DNA of 64,000 bases from an uncultured candidate division Zixibacteria bacterium (GCA_963702205.1 OY969724.1:1824001-1888000); one strand, 5' to 3'. Shown: positions 28,529 through 39,372, counted from the first letter of the stretch. Translations and numbers: made by a program. The notes: generated by a model from the letters alone, not told the origin.

Positions 28529-30037
28529 ATGCCGGGGATGATTCGACAGTTTTCCAAAAATGTTTTTTCCAGCTGGGTGGCGCTGGGTATACGGCTGGTC
28601 ATTGTTTTTCTGGTTAATCCTTTTATCATTCATTCGCTCGGTGACAGCCGCTACGGCGCGTGGGCCCTCATCTTTTCCATAATCAATTACCTCACGATTT
28701 TCGACATGGGTATGAGGCAGGCGGTGATTCGGTTTGTCTCGAAATATCTCGGGCTGAAAGACTATGATAATATCAACGCCGTCATAAATACATCATTCGC
28801 GCTTTATTCGATCGTGGCCGTGTTCACCATAGGGATATCGCTTATTCTTGCATTTTTTATACTGGGCCATTTTTCGATTCCCGCGGATTTCCTGGCCGAT
28901 ACAAGACGCGCGCTTATCGTTATCGGGGTCAACGTCGCCTTCAACTTTTTCATGATGAGCTGGACCGAATCACTCAACGCGGTGCATCGATATGATATCG
29001 CCAATGCGCTGGCAATAGGTGAAGATATTTTAAGGACCGTGACCATTGTGATTTTACTTTCGCGAGGCTACGGCATTGTCGAGATGGCTTATTCATTCCT
29101 GGGGTACAGCGTCATAAGGCAGGTGATTTCGGCAATCTGGCTGAAAAAACTGCACCCGCAAATCAAATTCGGCTTCGGTTTTTTCAGCCGGGCGACTTTT
29201 CACGAAATATACAGCTACGGCTATATCGGATTCTTGATTTCCATCGCCTGGCTGTTTATAGCCAATACCGACAACGTCGTCGTCGGTTACTTTTTCAGCG
29301 CGGCATCGGTTACCAAGTATGCCGTGGCGGGGTCGATAATAGTCTACCTGCGCAACGTCGTGCTGGCGGTATCGTTTCCGCTGCGGCCGTTGATCAGCCA
29401 TTATGAAGCGCTGGGCCGAAAAGACAATATCACGTTTATTTATACCCGTGGTACGAAATATCTGACCTATATCAGCTTTGTCATAGCGGGCATGATTATA
29501 ATCTATGCCGATTCCTTTATCCGTCTGTGGCTGGGCCCGGGCTATGAACAGACCGCCAGAATCCTGCGCATTCTGGTTCTCCCGGCGGCGATATATCTTC
29601 CACAGACCATTGCCAATTCGGTGCTATACGGCCTCAGCGCGCACAAGAACATTCTATATGCCATCACGGCCGAGGGTATCGCCAATCTTGGATTAAGTTT
29701 GATCTTATTAAAAAAATTCGGACTCGACGGCGTCGCGTATGGAACGATTATCCCGCAGTTTTTCGTGTATTTGATAGCCATGCCGGTCATAATTCGCTCG
29801 GTATTGGGTATACGTCTGGGCGAGTTCTATAAATCGTTTTTCACGGTGGCGATTGTTGGCGGGGTTGTCTCGGTTGGGGCATCATACGGTCTTCGAGCGA
29901 TGATTCAACCATCCGGATGGCCCGCTTTGGCTCTGGACGTTGGCGTCGTCGTTATCGTTTGTCTGGCGATATTCAGGATGATAATACCCGCCGAAGACTG
30001 GGTACTGATTAAAAGCGGCGGGTTTAAGCGCTCCTGA
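28529..30037 (+). CDS. Oligosaccharide flippase (Wzx/MOP family)
   Basis: LG..YGAW...FDMGM..AVIRFVS, NTDNVVVG, FIRLWLG; many TM helices. Confidence 0.88.
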   Translation: MPGMIRQFSKNVFSSWVALGIRLVIVFLVNPFIIHSLGDSRYGAWALIFSIINYLTIFDMGMRQAVIRFVSKYLGLKDYDNINAVINTSFALYSIVAVFTIGISLILAFFILGHFSIPADFLADTRRALIVIGVNVAFNFFMMSWTESLNAVHRYDIANALAIGEDILRTVTIVILLSRGYGIVEMAYSFLGYSVIRQVISAIWLKKLHPQIKFGFGFFSRATFHEIYSYGYIGFLISIAWLFIANTDNVVVGYFFSAASVTKYAVAGSIIVYLRNVVLAVSFPLRPLISHYEALGRKDNITFIYTRGTKYLTYISFVIAGMIIIYADSFIRLWLGPGYEQTARILRILVLPAAIYLPQTIANSVLYGLSAHKNILYAITAEGIANLGLSLILLKKFGLDGVAYGTIIPQFFVYLIAMPVIIRSVLGIRLGEFYKSFFTVAIVGGVVSVGASYGLRAMIQPSGWPALALDVGVVVIVCLAIFRMIIPAEDWVLIKSGGFKRS

Positions 30038-30119
30038 CGGTTCTGGAACATAGGTCGATCATTAAAGTTTAATCAGAGACACCGGTTGACTTAGAAATTA
30101 AGGGGCACTATTTTCAGGT

Positions 30120-31244
30120 ATGCGAGCAATTTATTTATGTATTTTGTCGATCATCGCCATCTCGGCCGCCGGGGCCGAAGGGTCCTATGAATTTCTCGGA
30201 CTTCAATTCCCCCAATTAAAAACAGATCGGGCCGACTGGGTCAATCCATCGGATACCGTCTTTGGGGCTTCGTTTCCCGTCGACCGCGATGTCCGCTTGT
30301 TCGTTTCGGCAAAGGGCGGGGTCGATTCCATGTACTATGATAAAACCATAATGCCGGATTTTGTCCGTGGGGTGAAAAATTCCCTGAAGGCGCTGCAATT
30401 CGAGCCGGGCAAAATCAAAGGCAAGAAAGCGGCCGTGATTCTGCCGATCCGGGTGACGTTCGGGGCTTTGGGTGTTCACCGGCGGGCCGATTTGACGCTG
30501 CCGTATGAGGCGTCCACGGGAGCCCGGGACCGGAGGCTTATAAATTTGGCGCTGGTCGAAAACGGGTTTACTCTTCCGGGGGTTGAGTATTTCCCTTCAT
30601 ATTATCTAAGTGTTCCCAAAGATTCGGGTCGAACCGAATACGATTATAGTGTCTACAAGGTAAGTGTCGATGACGACGGGAAGGTGACCGATTTTGTAGA
30701 GCGGGCGACGAGTAATGCAAAGCTCTCCGATTTATTTACGATATCGGCGCGTTATGCCCGGTATCGGGCGGCGGGTTACAAGGGAGCGCATTTCCCGTCG
30801 GATTTTTATCTGATCGCGCGGTTCTTCGACAAGCAGAATTACCCCACCATTGCCTGGCCGGCGGATAGTACATCATCGCGGGAAGTGTCTATCGATAGAT
30901 ACCGCCTGGAAAACGTCCAGTATCTCGATTCCCTTTTAAGTCCGGCCTATCCGGAGAACTTGTCGGGCGTTTTCGGTTCTCCCGGGATGAATATCGGGGC
31001 GGACTCAATCCCGGCCGAGATAGGTATCACGGCCGATGGCACCATTGAATGGGTCATATACGGTAAACATCTGACATTAGCGGCAAAGCGGGATTTGGAC
31101 AAAATATTGAAACAAGTCCGGATAATACCGGCGATGGACTCGACCGGTCGGGCGGTTCCGTTCCAGGGGCGGCTGTTGATATCCCGCGCCGGTAGTAATA
31201 AACTACGAATAACGGCAGATTGGCTGGAGGCCGGGAAAGATTAA
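30120..31244 (+). CDS. Exported protein with degenerate TonB C-terminal-like repeats
   Basis: Signal peptide; LQFEPGKIKGKKAAVILPIRVTF and two similar segments. Confidence 0.55.
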   Translation: MRAIYLCILSIIAISAAGAEGSYEFLGLQFPQLKTDRADWVNPSDTVFGASFPVDRDVRLFVSAKGGVDSMYYDKTIMPDFVRGVKNSLKALQFEPGKIKGKKAAVILPIRVTFGALGVHRRADLTLPYEASTGARDRRLINLALVENGFTLPGVEYFPSYYLSVPKDSGRTEYDYSVYKVSVDDDGKVTDFVERATSNAKLSDLFTISARYARYRAAGYKGAHFPSDFYLIARFFDKQNYPTIAWPADSTSSREVSIDRYRLENVQYLDSLLSPAYPENLSGVFGSPGMNIGADSIPAEIGITADGTIEWVIYGKHLTLAAKRDLDKILKQVRIIPAMDSTGRAVPFQGRLLISRAGSNKLRITADWLEAGKD

Positions 31245-31507
31245 TCTCATCTTGTAACGCACTGTCGCTCAATGGAGTAAGGTCGGCGCTTCCGGATTGG
31301 CAGTTTTCGTGGCGCAAAAATTGCGAATAATGTCCCAATAATTAATCGCACTTTAATAAGTATTATTAAGTTATGTCCTTGCAACAGCTAAGCGGAGTAG
31401 CCAAAACCGATCATCGCGGCACAAAAGTTGATTTAATAAGCTTTGTAATCCCGAAAGATGGGAAGTTGCCGCATGCCTGATTGTATAAATATAAAAGGAA
31501 GGTGACC

Positions 31508-31738
31508 ATGCCTGATTTGCGTGCCTCAAAAATAGTAAACCTGGCGTCGGCCGTAATTGTGCTAATCGGAGGGATGTATATCCTCTTTTTCATGCCGATC
31601 GCCATTTCACCGGCGGCCAAATTGATTGTGGCGTTTTTGTTGGTGGTTTATTTTTTGTGGCGTGTCAGGTATTTCAACCGTCGGTATAACAAGAAACCGG
31701 AAGGATTGACAGGTGCGGATCAAGACGATACGAAATAG
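31508..31738 (+). CDS. Small two-TM membrane protein
   Basis: AGGAAGG RBS, two hydrophobic helices, basic tail. Confidence 0.6.
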   Translation: MPDLRASKIVNLASAVIVLIGGMYILFFMPIAISPAAKLIVAFLLVVYFLWRVRYFNRRYNKKPEGLTGADQDDTK

Positions 31739-31802
31739 CTTGACAAATCGGGCAATTAAACTATTTTTCGAGATTAATTTTTTGAAAAAGCGAGGTTTCA
31801 AA

Positions 31803-33752
31803 TTGAGTCTTCCGGATCAAAAAGCGTATCTCCGAACGGGACTTCTGGTAATATTTGCGGCGATTCTTCTGCCCGTACTGGCCGGAGCGGCCGAAGTCAA
31901 ACAGGAAATCACCGATGCCCTGAATGCCGGGGATACCACCACTGCGGTTGATCTTCTCAATAAGGAGATCGGTCTGGATCCCAGTTTCGATGCCAATTAC
32001 TATATCCTGGCTGAAATATATTACAAGGACAAGCAATACGCCAAAGCCGAAGAGCAGCTGACTATCGCTCTCAAGAAGAACAAGAAATTTTACGAAGGAA
32101 TGTATCTGCTCGGCAAAATCGATTTGAAATTGAATAAAATCGATGAGGCCGAAAAGCTTTTCAAGGAAGGTCTCAAGAAAGACAAGAAAATGCAGGGAGA
32201 ATTCCATAACGGGCTGGGCCTGGCGCATATGGCCAGGGGAGATTACAACGACGCCGATACGGAATTCCGCAAAGCCATAAATGTCGATCCCGAAAACGGT
32301 GAATACCATCTCAATCTCGGCGATGCCAATTTCAAAAATAAAATTTATCCCCTCGCAATATCATCGTACGAACAGGCGCTGAAACTCGACACGGCTTCGC
32401 TGGGTGTATACTTCCGCTGGGCCGAGGCCTGCCTGGAAATGAAAGATTATAGCTGTGCACTGGAAAAACTCCAGGTCGTCCTCGAAAAGGATTCGACGCA
32501 CGCCGATGCCTGGATGGAAGCCGGAAGTATTTATTACAAGGCGGCGCGTTCCAGCCGCACGAGTGAAGAAGCCAAGCAGCGCTATCTCGAAACGATCGGA
32601 TCGTACAAGAAATATTTCGAGCTTACCAATACTCCCCCGGACAGTACTACCGGCCGGGCGTTCTATGAGGCGGGTATGTCATACCTGGCGCTGGGCGGGT
32701 ATGAAGAAGCCAACAAAGATTTCCGCGCCGTTCTGAACATACCGGTCGAACCGCATGACATATACTTCTATTTTGCCCGGTCTTTCCAAGGCATGCAGAT
32801 GTATGACTCGGCTCTCGTTTATTATAAGAAGCATAACGACGTGGTTCGTGAAGGCGGCCCGGAATACAGCTCATCGATCGATGAATCCGAAATTTATCGC
32901 CGTATGGGCGAATGCTATGAAAATTTGAAAGATAATTATAACACGATCGCGTATTTCAAGAAATCGCTCGATTATGATTCCACGCAATCGCGGTTGCTGT
33001 ATGGAGTCGCCGTATCCTATACTCTGACCGGTGACTATCGCAACGCCCTTATTTATTACATGAAAAGAATCGCCCAGGGCGTGGACGAACGCCAGTGGTA
33101 TATTTATTACAATGCTGCGACGTCGGCTTTGTACCTGCTCGATAAAGGCGGCCTGGCGATGGAAGAGGATGAAGACCTCGGCCTCGGTGACGAGACGAGT
33201 GCGCCACCGGCGAAAGACCCGCTCGAGGGTGTCGACCTGGCCAAGCTATCAGTGGAATATCTGGAAAAAATAAACGTCGATTACTGGGATTCGATCTGGG
33301 CCAACGAGAAGAACCGTGCCACGGCCACAAAGGCCCGGGGCATGCTCGCTTCGACATATCTCTATCAGTTGAACGACTGCGCCAATGGTGTCACCTGGTA
33401 CCAGAAAGTCCTTGAAGTCGATCCAGAAAACTGCGAAGCTCACAAAGGTCTCGGTTATGCCTATTTCGGCGGGATTTGCCCCACCAACTACACCAAGGCA
33501 ATCAACTCATTGCTGAAGGCTCTGGACTGTTTTAAAAAGTCGGGCAAAGCCGAAGCCGACAACGTCGACCTGATGTTGTGGATCGCTCAGGCTTACCATT
33601 TCCGCGCTCTTGCGAAACGGGAAGCCAGGGACAAAGAGGGTGCGACGGCCGATTTCGCTTCGGCCGACGAGTGGTACCAAAAGGTTCTGAAATATGAGCC
33701 GAACAATCAGACGGCAAAAGAGGGTTACCAGCAGGTTAAGTTCGAACATTAG
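31803..33752 (+). CDS. Large exported TPR protein
   Basis: Signal-like segment and many TPRs; TTG 31803 chosen because of a GAGG RBS and an upstream TTGACA. Confidence 0.88.
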   Translation: MSLPDQKAYLRTGLLVIFAAILLPVLAGAAEVKQEITDALNAGDTTTAVDLLNKEIGLDPSFDANYYILAEIYYKDKQYAKAEEQLTIALKKNKKFYEGMYLLGKIDLKLNKIDEAEKLFKEGLKKDKKMQGEFHNGLGLAHMARGDYNDADTEFRKAINVDPENGEYHLNLGDANFKNKIYPLAISSYEQALKLDTASLGVYFRWAEACLEMKDYSCALEKLQVVLEKDSTHADAWMEAGSIYYKAARSSRTSEEAKQRYLETIGSYKKYFELTNTPPDSTTGRAFYEAGMSYLALGGYEEANKDFRAVLNIPVEPHDIYFYFARSFQGMQMYDSALVYYKKHNDVVREGGPEYSSSIDESEIYRRMGECYENLKDNYNTIAYFKKSLDYDSTQSRLLYGVAVSYTLTGDYRNALIYYMKRIAQGVDERQWYIYYNAATSALYLLDKGGLAMEEDEDLGLGDETSAPPAKDPLEGVDLAKLSVEYLEKINVDYWDSIWANEKNRATATKARGMLASTYLYQLNDCANGVTWYQKVLEVDPENCEAHKGLGYAYFGGICPTNYTKAINSLLKALDCFKKSGKAEADNVDLMLWIAQAYHFRALAKREARDKEGATADFASADEWYQKVLKYEPNNQTAKEGYQQVKFEH

Positions 33753-33780
33753 TGGACTTTAATATATATTAGGAGAGTAC

Positions 33781-34761
33781 ATGGCCGGAAAGGAAGATAA
33801 AGACAAAGGGGTTCAAAAGACTTTCGATCCCGACGAAAGGTTCAAATACCTCGGCTTCGAGATTCATCCCGGCAAAATCGGCAACATCTTTAAATCGGAC
33901 TCCGAAAAGGAAACCTGGGTCGAAGAGGTCAGGCAAAGACGCCAGAAAAGCACCCATGTTCGCGAGCACAATACGCTCGAAGAGGCCCGCGTCACGTCAT
34001 TCGAGAAAATCGTCCTGACGGTAACGTCGGTGCTGCTGATCGCCTCGCTGTTTTTCCCCTGGTTTTCGGGGTATCGTGAGATCGAAGTGGAATCGACGCC
34101 CACGGCAACGCAGCAGCCGATGGTCGGCATGACCGATTCGTCGATGGTGCAGGGCATGGCCGACTCGACCATGGCCGGAGGGATGGCCGATTCTGCGGCG
34201 ATGGCGGCCGGGGCCGCCCCGATGGATTCGACGTCCGGCGCTATGGCCACGACCGAGCCGCAGGCGCAACAGGATCAGACCGATGCCGCCGGTTTCAGTT
34301 CCATCATGGCAACCACCAAGCGCAAGGAAATCAAGAGAGAGAATCATGCGATTTCCGGACTTAGTGCGATTGCTTCGCTGGGAAGTTACGGCGGAGATAT
34401 CTTTTCATCGGGATTCATTTTGATTCTTACGGCAATTCTGATGCTGCTCTACATGCTGTTTTGCGTCGGGTATGCCGTCTATGCCCTGTATACCCTGTTT
34501 GCCTCGAAAGGCACGGAAGACGTCAAGGCTCTTCAACTGAAGAGGGTCCTTCGTCTGGCATGGGTCCCGATTTCGGTTTATGTTTTGTGCATAATCCTGT
34601 CGGTGATCGGGGCGAATTATTCGTTCTCGACAACGAACGAAATGATCAAGCAAATCGGAAGCAGCTACGGCACCGGGACCTACCTGGGTCTGTTGTCGTA
34701 CGGTTTTTACATGACCCTGGCCTGTTTCGCGTTAAACGGCGCCAAGGGCGTGGAAATTTAG
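33781..34761 (+). CDS. Hypothetical membrane protein with Met-rich GMxDS linker
   Basis: AGGAG RBS; about 4 TM segments; GMTDSSMVQGMADSTMAGGMADS. Confidence 0.75.
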   Translation: MAGKEDKDKGVQKTFDPDERFKYLGFEIHPGKIGNIFKSDSEKETWVEEVRQRRQKSTHVREHNTLEEARVTSFEKIVLTVTSVLLIASLFFPWFSGYREIEVESTPTATQQPMVGMTDSSMVQGMADSTMAGGMADSAAMAAGAAPMDSTSGAMATTEPQAQQDQTDAAGFSSIMATTKRKEIKRENHAISGLSAIASLGSYGGDIFSSGFILILTAILMLLYMLFCVGYAVYALYTLFASKGTEDVKALQLKRVLRLAWVPISVYVLCIILSVIGANYSFSTTNEMIKQIGSSYGTGTYLGLLSYGFYMTLACFALNGAKGVEI

Positions 34762-34806
34762 GTTGGGAATAAAAAAATAATTTAATTATCCGGAGGTTTT
34801 TTAAAA

Positions 34807-35565
34807 GTGAAACAGTCATTATTCGTAACGATCATCTCCATCCTCGCCTTCGCGATCGGTTATGTCGTTTGGGGCGTGATTTTGAAGGCTCAGCCGGCCG
34901 GTACAATCGCGCACAGCGTTCATCAGGGCGGCCCCCTGGTTGTGGTTCTGATGGCCGTTCTGCTCATGCTCCTTGCGTTCGTGGTTGAAAGATTTATATC
35001 GCTATACAAAGTCGCCAAGGGCAAAAGCTCGGTGCAGGTATTTTTCAAGAACGTCATCCAGCTTCTGAATGCCGGTGATTACGACGGCGCCCTGGCCGCC
35101 TGTGACAAACAGCGCGGTACCACGGCCAACGTCCTTCGTGCCGGAATCGAACGCTATCGCCAGGTCAAAGACGACAAAGCCATCGACACCGAAAAGAGAA
35201 TCGCCCTGACCCAGGCCGCGATTGACGAAGCCAACGCTCTGGAAGGCCCGCTTCTGGAACGTAACCTGATCGCCATGTCGACGATCGCCTCGATCGCCAC
35301 GATGATCGGTCTTCTGGGAACGACGCTGGGTATGATTCGTGCCTTTGCCGCGACCGGTAACGTCGAAGGCGGCGTCATTGACGCGCAGCAGCTGGCGGTC
35401 GGTATTTCCGAGGCTCTGGTTAATACGGCCGGTGGTCTGACTTCCGGTATTCTCGGAATCTTTTTCTACAACTTTTTTGTTAATAAAGTAGATGCTTTTA
35501 ACTATACCACGGACGAGGCAACGTTCGAGATTATACAGCTTCTGAAAGAAAAAGAAGGCAAGTAA
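34807..35565 (+). CDS. exbB: MotA/TolQ/ExbB proton channel
   Basis: IATMIGLLGTTLGMIRAF, GISEALVNTAGG. Confidence 0.93.
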   Translation: MKQSLFVTIISILAFAIGYVVWGVILKAQPAGTIAHSVHQGGPLVVVLMAVLLMLLAFVVERFISLYKVAKGKSSVQVFFKNVIQLLNAGDYDGALAACDKQRGTTANVLRAGIERYRQVKDDKAIDTEKRIALTQAAIDEANALEGPLLERNLIAMSTIASIATMIGLLGTTLGMIRAFAATGNVEGGVIDAQQLAVGISEALVNTAGGLTSGILGIFFYNFFVNKVDAFNYTTDEATFEIIQLLKEKEGK

Positions 35566-35568
35566 GTT

Positions 35569-36075
35569 ATGTCTATGAAGAAAAAACGGCGTGTAGGTGT
35601 GGTCATCGATATGACGCCGATGGTGGATATCGTAATCCTCCTGCTGATTTTCTATATGACGACAACGAGCTTCAAGCCCCCGGAGGCCAAAGCCGTTACC
35701 TTGCCGCAATCGCATTCGATGATCGAGTTGCCGGATAAAGATATTATCAATATCACGGTGACGAAAAACGATTCAATCTTCGTCGATTTCCTGCAGAAAG
35801 AAGACGTCGTTATCGACGGACGGCAGATGAAAACGACGGTGCGCAAATATGCCGAGTGCGATACGTATAACGTTGGGTCCATTATTAACCGGGCCAGGGC
35901 CGTCAATTACCGGGCCCTGATCGTAATCAAAGCCGACCGCGACGCCAGTTACGGCGTTATGTCCGACGTGATGGAAACCATGAGTAGTGCGGATATCAAC
36001 AGGTTTTTGATTATTACGGATAACGAAGCCGAGAAAGAAGCCCTCGATAAACAGAAAGAAGACAAAGGGGCTTAA
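35569..36075 (+). CDS. exbD: ExbD/TolR protein
   Basis: IDMTPMVDIVILLLIFYM, IKADRDASYG. Confidence 0.92.
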   Translation: MSMKKKRRVGVVIDMTPMVDIVILLLIFYMTTTSFKPPEAKAVTLPQSHSMIELPDKDIINITVTKNDSIFVDFLQKEDVVIDGRQMKTTVRKYAECDTYNVGSIINRARAVNYRALIVIKADRDASYGVMSDVMETMSSADINRFLIITDNEAEKEALDKQKEDKGA

Positions 36076-36103
36076 GTTGTTGACCTTGAAAGGAGTGATA
36101 TAG

Positions 36104-36745
36104 ATGGCCGGTGCTGTAGTAGGCCCATCAGATAAACCTAAAAAGGGCAAAGGCGGTCGAAGAAAGAAACGACGGATTCATATACGAATCGATATGACTC
36201 CGATGGTCGATATCGTAATGCTTCTGCTTATTTTCTATATGGTGACGACGGTGTTTTCCATGCCGCAGGCGATGGAAATCAACCTCCCTCCCAAAGATAC
36301 GGGACCGGTGGATATTAAGGAATCCAACCTGCTGACTATCAGGATTGACGATAAAGACAGATTTTTCTGGAACGTCGGCAATCCGGCGGAAAATCTGCCG
36401 CGGATGGTTCCCAATACCAATCCGACGTCCGACACGACTTTCCGGGTCGATTCGGATTCTCTTCGATCGGTTTTGAAAAACCTCAACTTTGACAACCCCA
36501 AGCTTAACACGCTTATTTTGATTAACCGCAAGGCGCGCTACGAGGCGATGGTCGATATTCTCGATGAAATAGACGTGCTGGAGCGATCGTGGAACGCGGC
36601 GAAAGCCAAACAGCTCGGGAAAAAGGTTGATGATTTGACTAAAGACGAGAAATTCTCCTATCGGTATGCTATGGGTGCCTGGGAAGATAAAGACGATCGT
36701 ATCGTCGCTGCCGCCCTGGCAACCGCGTCAGGAGGTGGAGAATAA
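36104..36745 (+). CDS. exbD: Second ExbD/TolR protein
   Basis: IDMTPMVDIVMLLLIFYM, ARYEAMVDILDE. Confidence 0.9.
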   Translation: MAGAVVGPSDKPKKGKGGRRKKRRIHIRIDMTPMVDIVMLLLIFYMVTTVFSMPQAMEINLPPKDTGPVDIKESNLLTIRIDDKDRFFWNVGNPAENLPRMVPNTNPTSDTTFRVDSDSLRSVLKNLNFDNPKLNTLILINRKARYEAMVDILDEIDVLERSWNAAKAKQLGKKVDDLTKDEKFSYRYAMGAWEDKDDRIVAAALATASGGGE

Positions 36746-37500
36746 TGGCAATTTCAACCGGCATGCCCAATGCATTGTATGGCGGTTACGGCGCTTATGA
36801 ACTTAAGGCCAGATATCAGCGTAATATGACGATAGCCATAAGTGGAATAATCGCCTTTGTCGCACTTGTAATACTGGGCATTTTCATTTACAGGAAATTG
36901 ACGGCCGTCGAAACCATCTACGTGCAGCCGACCGTCATCAAGACGATTGCGGATCTTGGGCCGCCCCCGACGGTTGCCAAAAAGCCGCCGAGGTTGGATA
37001 TTTCCGCGCCGCAGAAGGCCAAGCCGAAGGTCGGTATTCCCAAGCCGGTGGCCGATGATGAAATCCTCGACGACGAGGACGTCATGCTCGCCAGTCGCGA
37101 CGAGTTGGCCGACATCGTAACCCCGGACGTTTCATCCGTGGGTCAGGGCGGCGAAGATATTGTCGTCGATATCCCCGAAGAGGAATACATGCCGGCCCCG
37201 GGCGATTTCGTCCCGGTCGAAATACAGGCCGAGATGATCGAAGAAGCCGTCCCGGAATATCCGCGACAGGCCAAGCTGGCCGGAATGGAAGCGGTGGTCT
37301 GGGTTCAGGCCCTGGTCGACAAAAACGGTGACGTGCGCGAAGCCCGCATTTTGAAATCTTCGGGATCGAAAGCAGGTTTCGACGAATCCGCGTTAGCGGC
37401 CGCCAGGAAGTGCAAATTCAAACCGGCCATTCAGAACGGACGACCGGTGCCGGTTTGGGTGTCGTTCTCAATCGAGTTCGATTTAACCAACTCGAATTGA
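36745..37500 (+). CDS. tonB: Energy transducer TonB
   Basis: YGAYELK, one TM, Pro-rich linker, PEYPRQA...FKPAIQNGRPV. Confidence 0.92.
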   Translation: MAISTGMPNALYGGYGAYELKARYQRNMTIAISGIIAFVALVILGIFIYRKLTAVETIYVQPTVIKTIADLGPPPTVAKKPPRLDISAPQKAKPKVGIPKPVADDEILDDEDVMLASRDELADIVTPDVSSVGQGGEDIVVDIPEEEYMPAPGDFVPVEIQAEMIEEAVPEYPRQAKLAGMEAVVWVQALVDKNGDVREARILKSSGSKAGFDESALAAARKCKFKPAIQNGRPVPVWVSFSIEFDLTNSN

Positions 37501-37777
37501 GGCAAAAATTCATCCGTGCAGGCATCTCCGCAAAAACGGAGGTGCCTCGGCCGGGTAAACGTTTGAACCTCACATTTTTATCGCCATATCCGTTTAGAGT
37601 TTCGTATTGTATAGTACAGCTCTGCTCTTTTACTACCACACCGAGAGCGAAATTGGCTCCCCTCATAGCCGCTTGCAGATAATTTGAATGACACGAGTCC
37701 GTGCTTAACGTACGGGCGAAGATTATAACACGGCAATCGCAGATTGCACCAAGCGGATAATATGAAAGGAGAGATCA

Positions 37778-38404
37778 ATGTCGGGACAAAGCCTAAAGCT
37801 TACCCCTGACACCGCCACATGCGGCAGGGCCATAACCCACCCTTTGTTCGCCCTGCTGGTATTGCTCCTGGTTTCCGTCGGAACCTTCACATTTTTAAGT
37901 ACCGTGACCCCGCCGGATTTCAATTTCGGCAACGGGTCCAGGTTTGATTTGAAACAACCGCTGCAAAACCGCAATATTGTTTTCGCGGCCGACAGCGAGC
38001 GTTTCATGCTGCCGGGGCAGTCCTGTTTCGAGCCGCTCCCCACGCCTCCCACGTTGCAATCCGGCAAAAACCGGGCGGGCACGACCGCTGGCAAGTCGCC
38101 GGAGACCGTTTTTTCTGACAACGACAAACTCGATATCAAACCGGCCCTCATCTGGATGAGACACCCGGACTTTCCTGCACAGGCTAAAGATGCCTCGATT
38201 GGACAAGGGAAAGTCGTCCTGCGCGTGCTGGTTGGAGAAACGGGCAGCGCCCGGGAAGTGAAAATAGCGGAAGAAAATCCGCCGGGAGTCGGTTTCGGGC
38301 AGTGCTGTCTGGCTCCGGCTCAAAAGGCGGTTTATTCTCCGGGCGTTAAGGACAATAAGCCGGTCAATTGCTGGGTGACCGTACCGGTGGAGTTTAAATT
38401 GTAG
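37778..38404 (+). CDS. TonB family protein (divergent)
   Basis: TM helix; PDFPAQA..GKVVLRVLVGETG...YSPGVKDNKPVNCWVTVPVEF. Confidence 0.82.
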   Translation: MSGQSLKLTPDTATCGRAITHPLFALLVLLLVSVGTFTFLSTVTPPDFNFGNGSRFDLKQPLQNRNIVFAADSERFMLPGQSCFEPLPTPPTLQSGKNRAGTTAGKSPETVFSDNDKLDIKPALIWMRHPDFPAQAKDASIGQGKVVLRVLVGETGSAREVKIAEENPPGVGFGQCCLAPAQKAVYSPGVKDNKPVNCWVTVPVEFKL

Positions 38405-38558
38405 CTGTATTAACGAAAGAAGAACCTGCCACAAAAAATCTGAAAGAATAGCCCCTCAATTTGCGCCCGTGCCGGGCGTACGATCCGGCTGACCCGGACC
38501 GACGGCTTATAAACTGTGGATTCGCCGTCGCGGCGATTCGCAAAAGGAGGTGGCTGTA

Positions 38559-39299
38559 ATGTCGTATATCGCAATCAGGCGCTACGGCGCCATAGAACTC
38601 AAGATGGCCTATCAGCACAATATGGCGCTGGCCATGTTGCTGGTTATATCGTTTACCGCCTTTATCACAGGGCTAATATATCTGCTCGCCGGAGAACCGC
38701 CGGTTCAGATCATAATTAAGAAACCCCTTGTAGATGAATATCATATTATTCCCACTCCTCCACCAGTCATAAATATCGAACCACCCACGGCCAGGGGAAG
38801 GACCCGGAGCGCTCCTCCGGGGAATATTTCATCGAATTTGATCCCGATCGACGACGATGAGGCTCTTGATCCAAATGAAGGGCGGCTGTACACCCGTGAC
38901 GAGTTATACACGGCCGCCGATGGGTACGGTTCCGGCGAGGGAGACATCGACGATGGCATTATGATCGGTTCGGGCGGCGGCGGCGGTGAATATATTGAAC
39001 CTCAGGAAAAATTCGTTGCCTGCGAAATTCCGCCGGAAATTATTATTACCGCCAAGCCGGAATACCCGAGGCAGGCGCGTTTGGTTGGCATTTCCGCGAC
39101 GGTTTGGGTGAGAATTCTGGTCGATGAAGAGGGTAATGCCGCCGATGCGGTCGTATATAAATCATCGGGATCAAACGCCGGTTTCGATGAGGCGGCGCTG
39201 GCGGCGGCCCTGAAATGTAAGTTCAAGCCGGGGATCCAAAATGGAGAGGCCGTCAAGGTCTGGGTGTCGCTAAAATTTGAATTCGATATAAATGATTAA
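38559..39299 (+). CDS. TonB family protein, paralogue of 36745-37500
   Basis: YGAIELK, PEYPRQA...KSSGSNAGFDEAAL...FKPGIQNG; AAGGAGG RBS before ATG 38559. Confidence 0.9.
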   Translation: MSYIAIRRYGAIELKMAYQHNMALAMLLVISFTAFITGLIYLLAGEPPVQIIIKKPLVDEYHIIPTPPPVINIEPPTARGRTRSAPPGNISSNLIPIDDDEALDPNEGRLYTRDELYTAADGYGSGEGDIDDGIMIGSGGGGGEYIEPQEKFVACEIPPEIIITAKPEYPRQARLVGISATVWVRILVDEEGNAADAVVYKSSGSNAGFDEAALAAALKCKFKPGIQNGEAVKVWVSLKFEFDIND

Positions 39300-39342
39300 A
39301 GCCTGGGCGTGACCGGGTTCTCTTAACCCCTTACCGCAATCT

Positions 39343-39372
39343 GGCCCGGGGGCTCACTACGCCGGGCCTTTT
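39343..39372 (+). terminator. Probable terminator after the tonB cluster
   Basis: GGCCCGG...CCGGGCC-TTTT. Confidence 0.6.
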
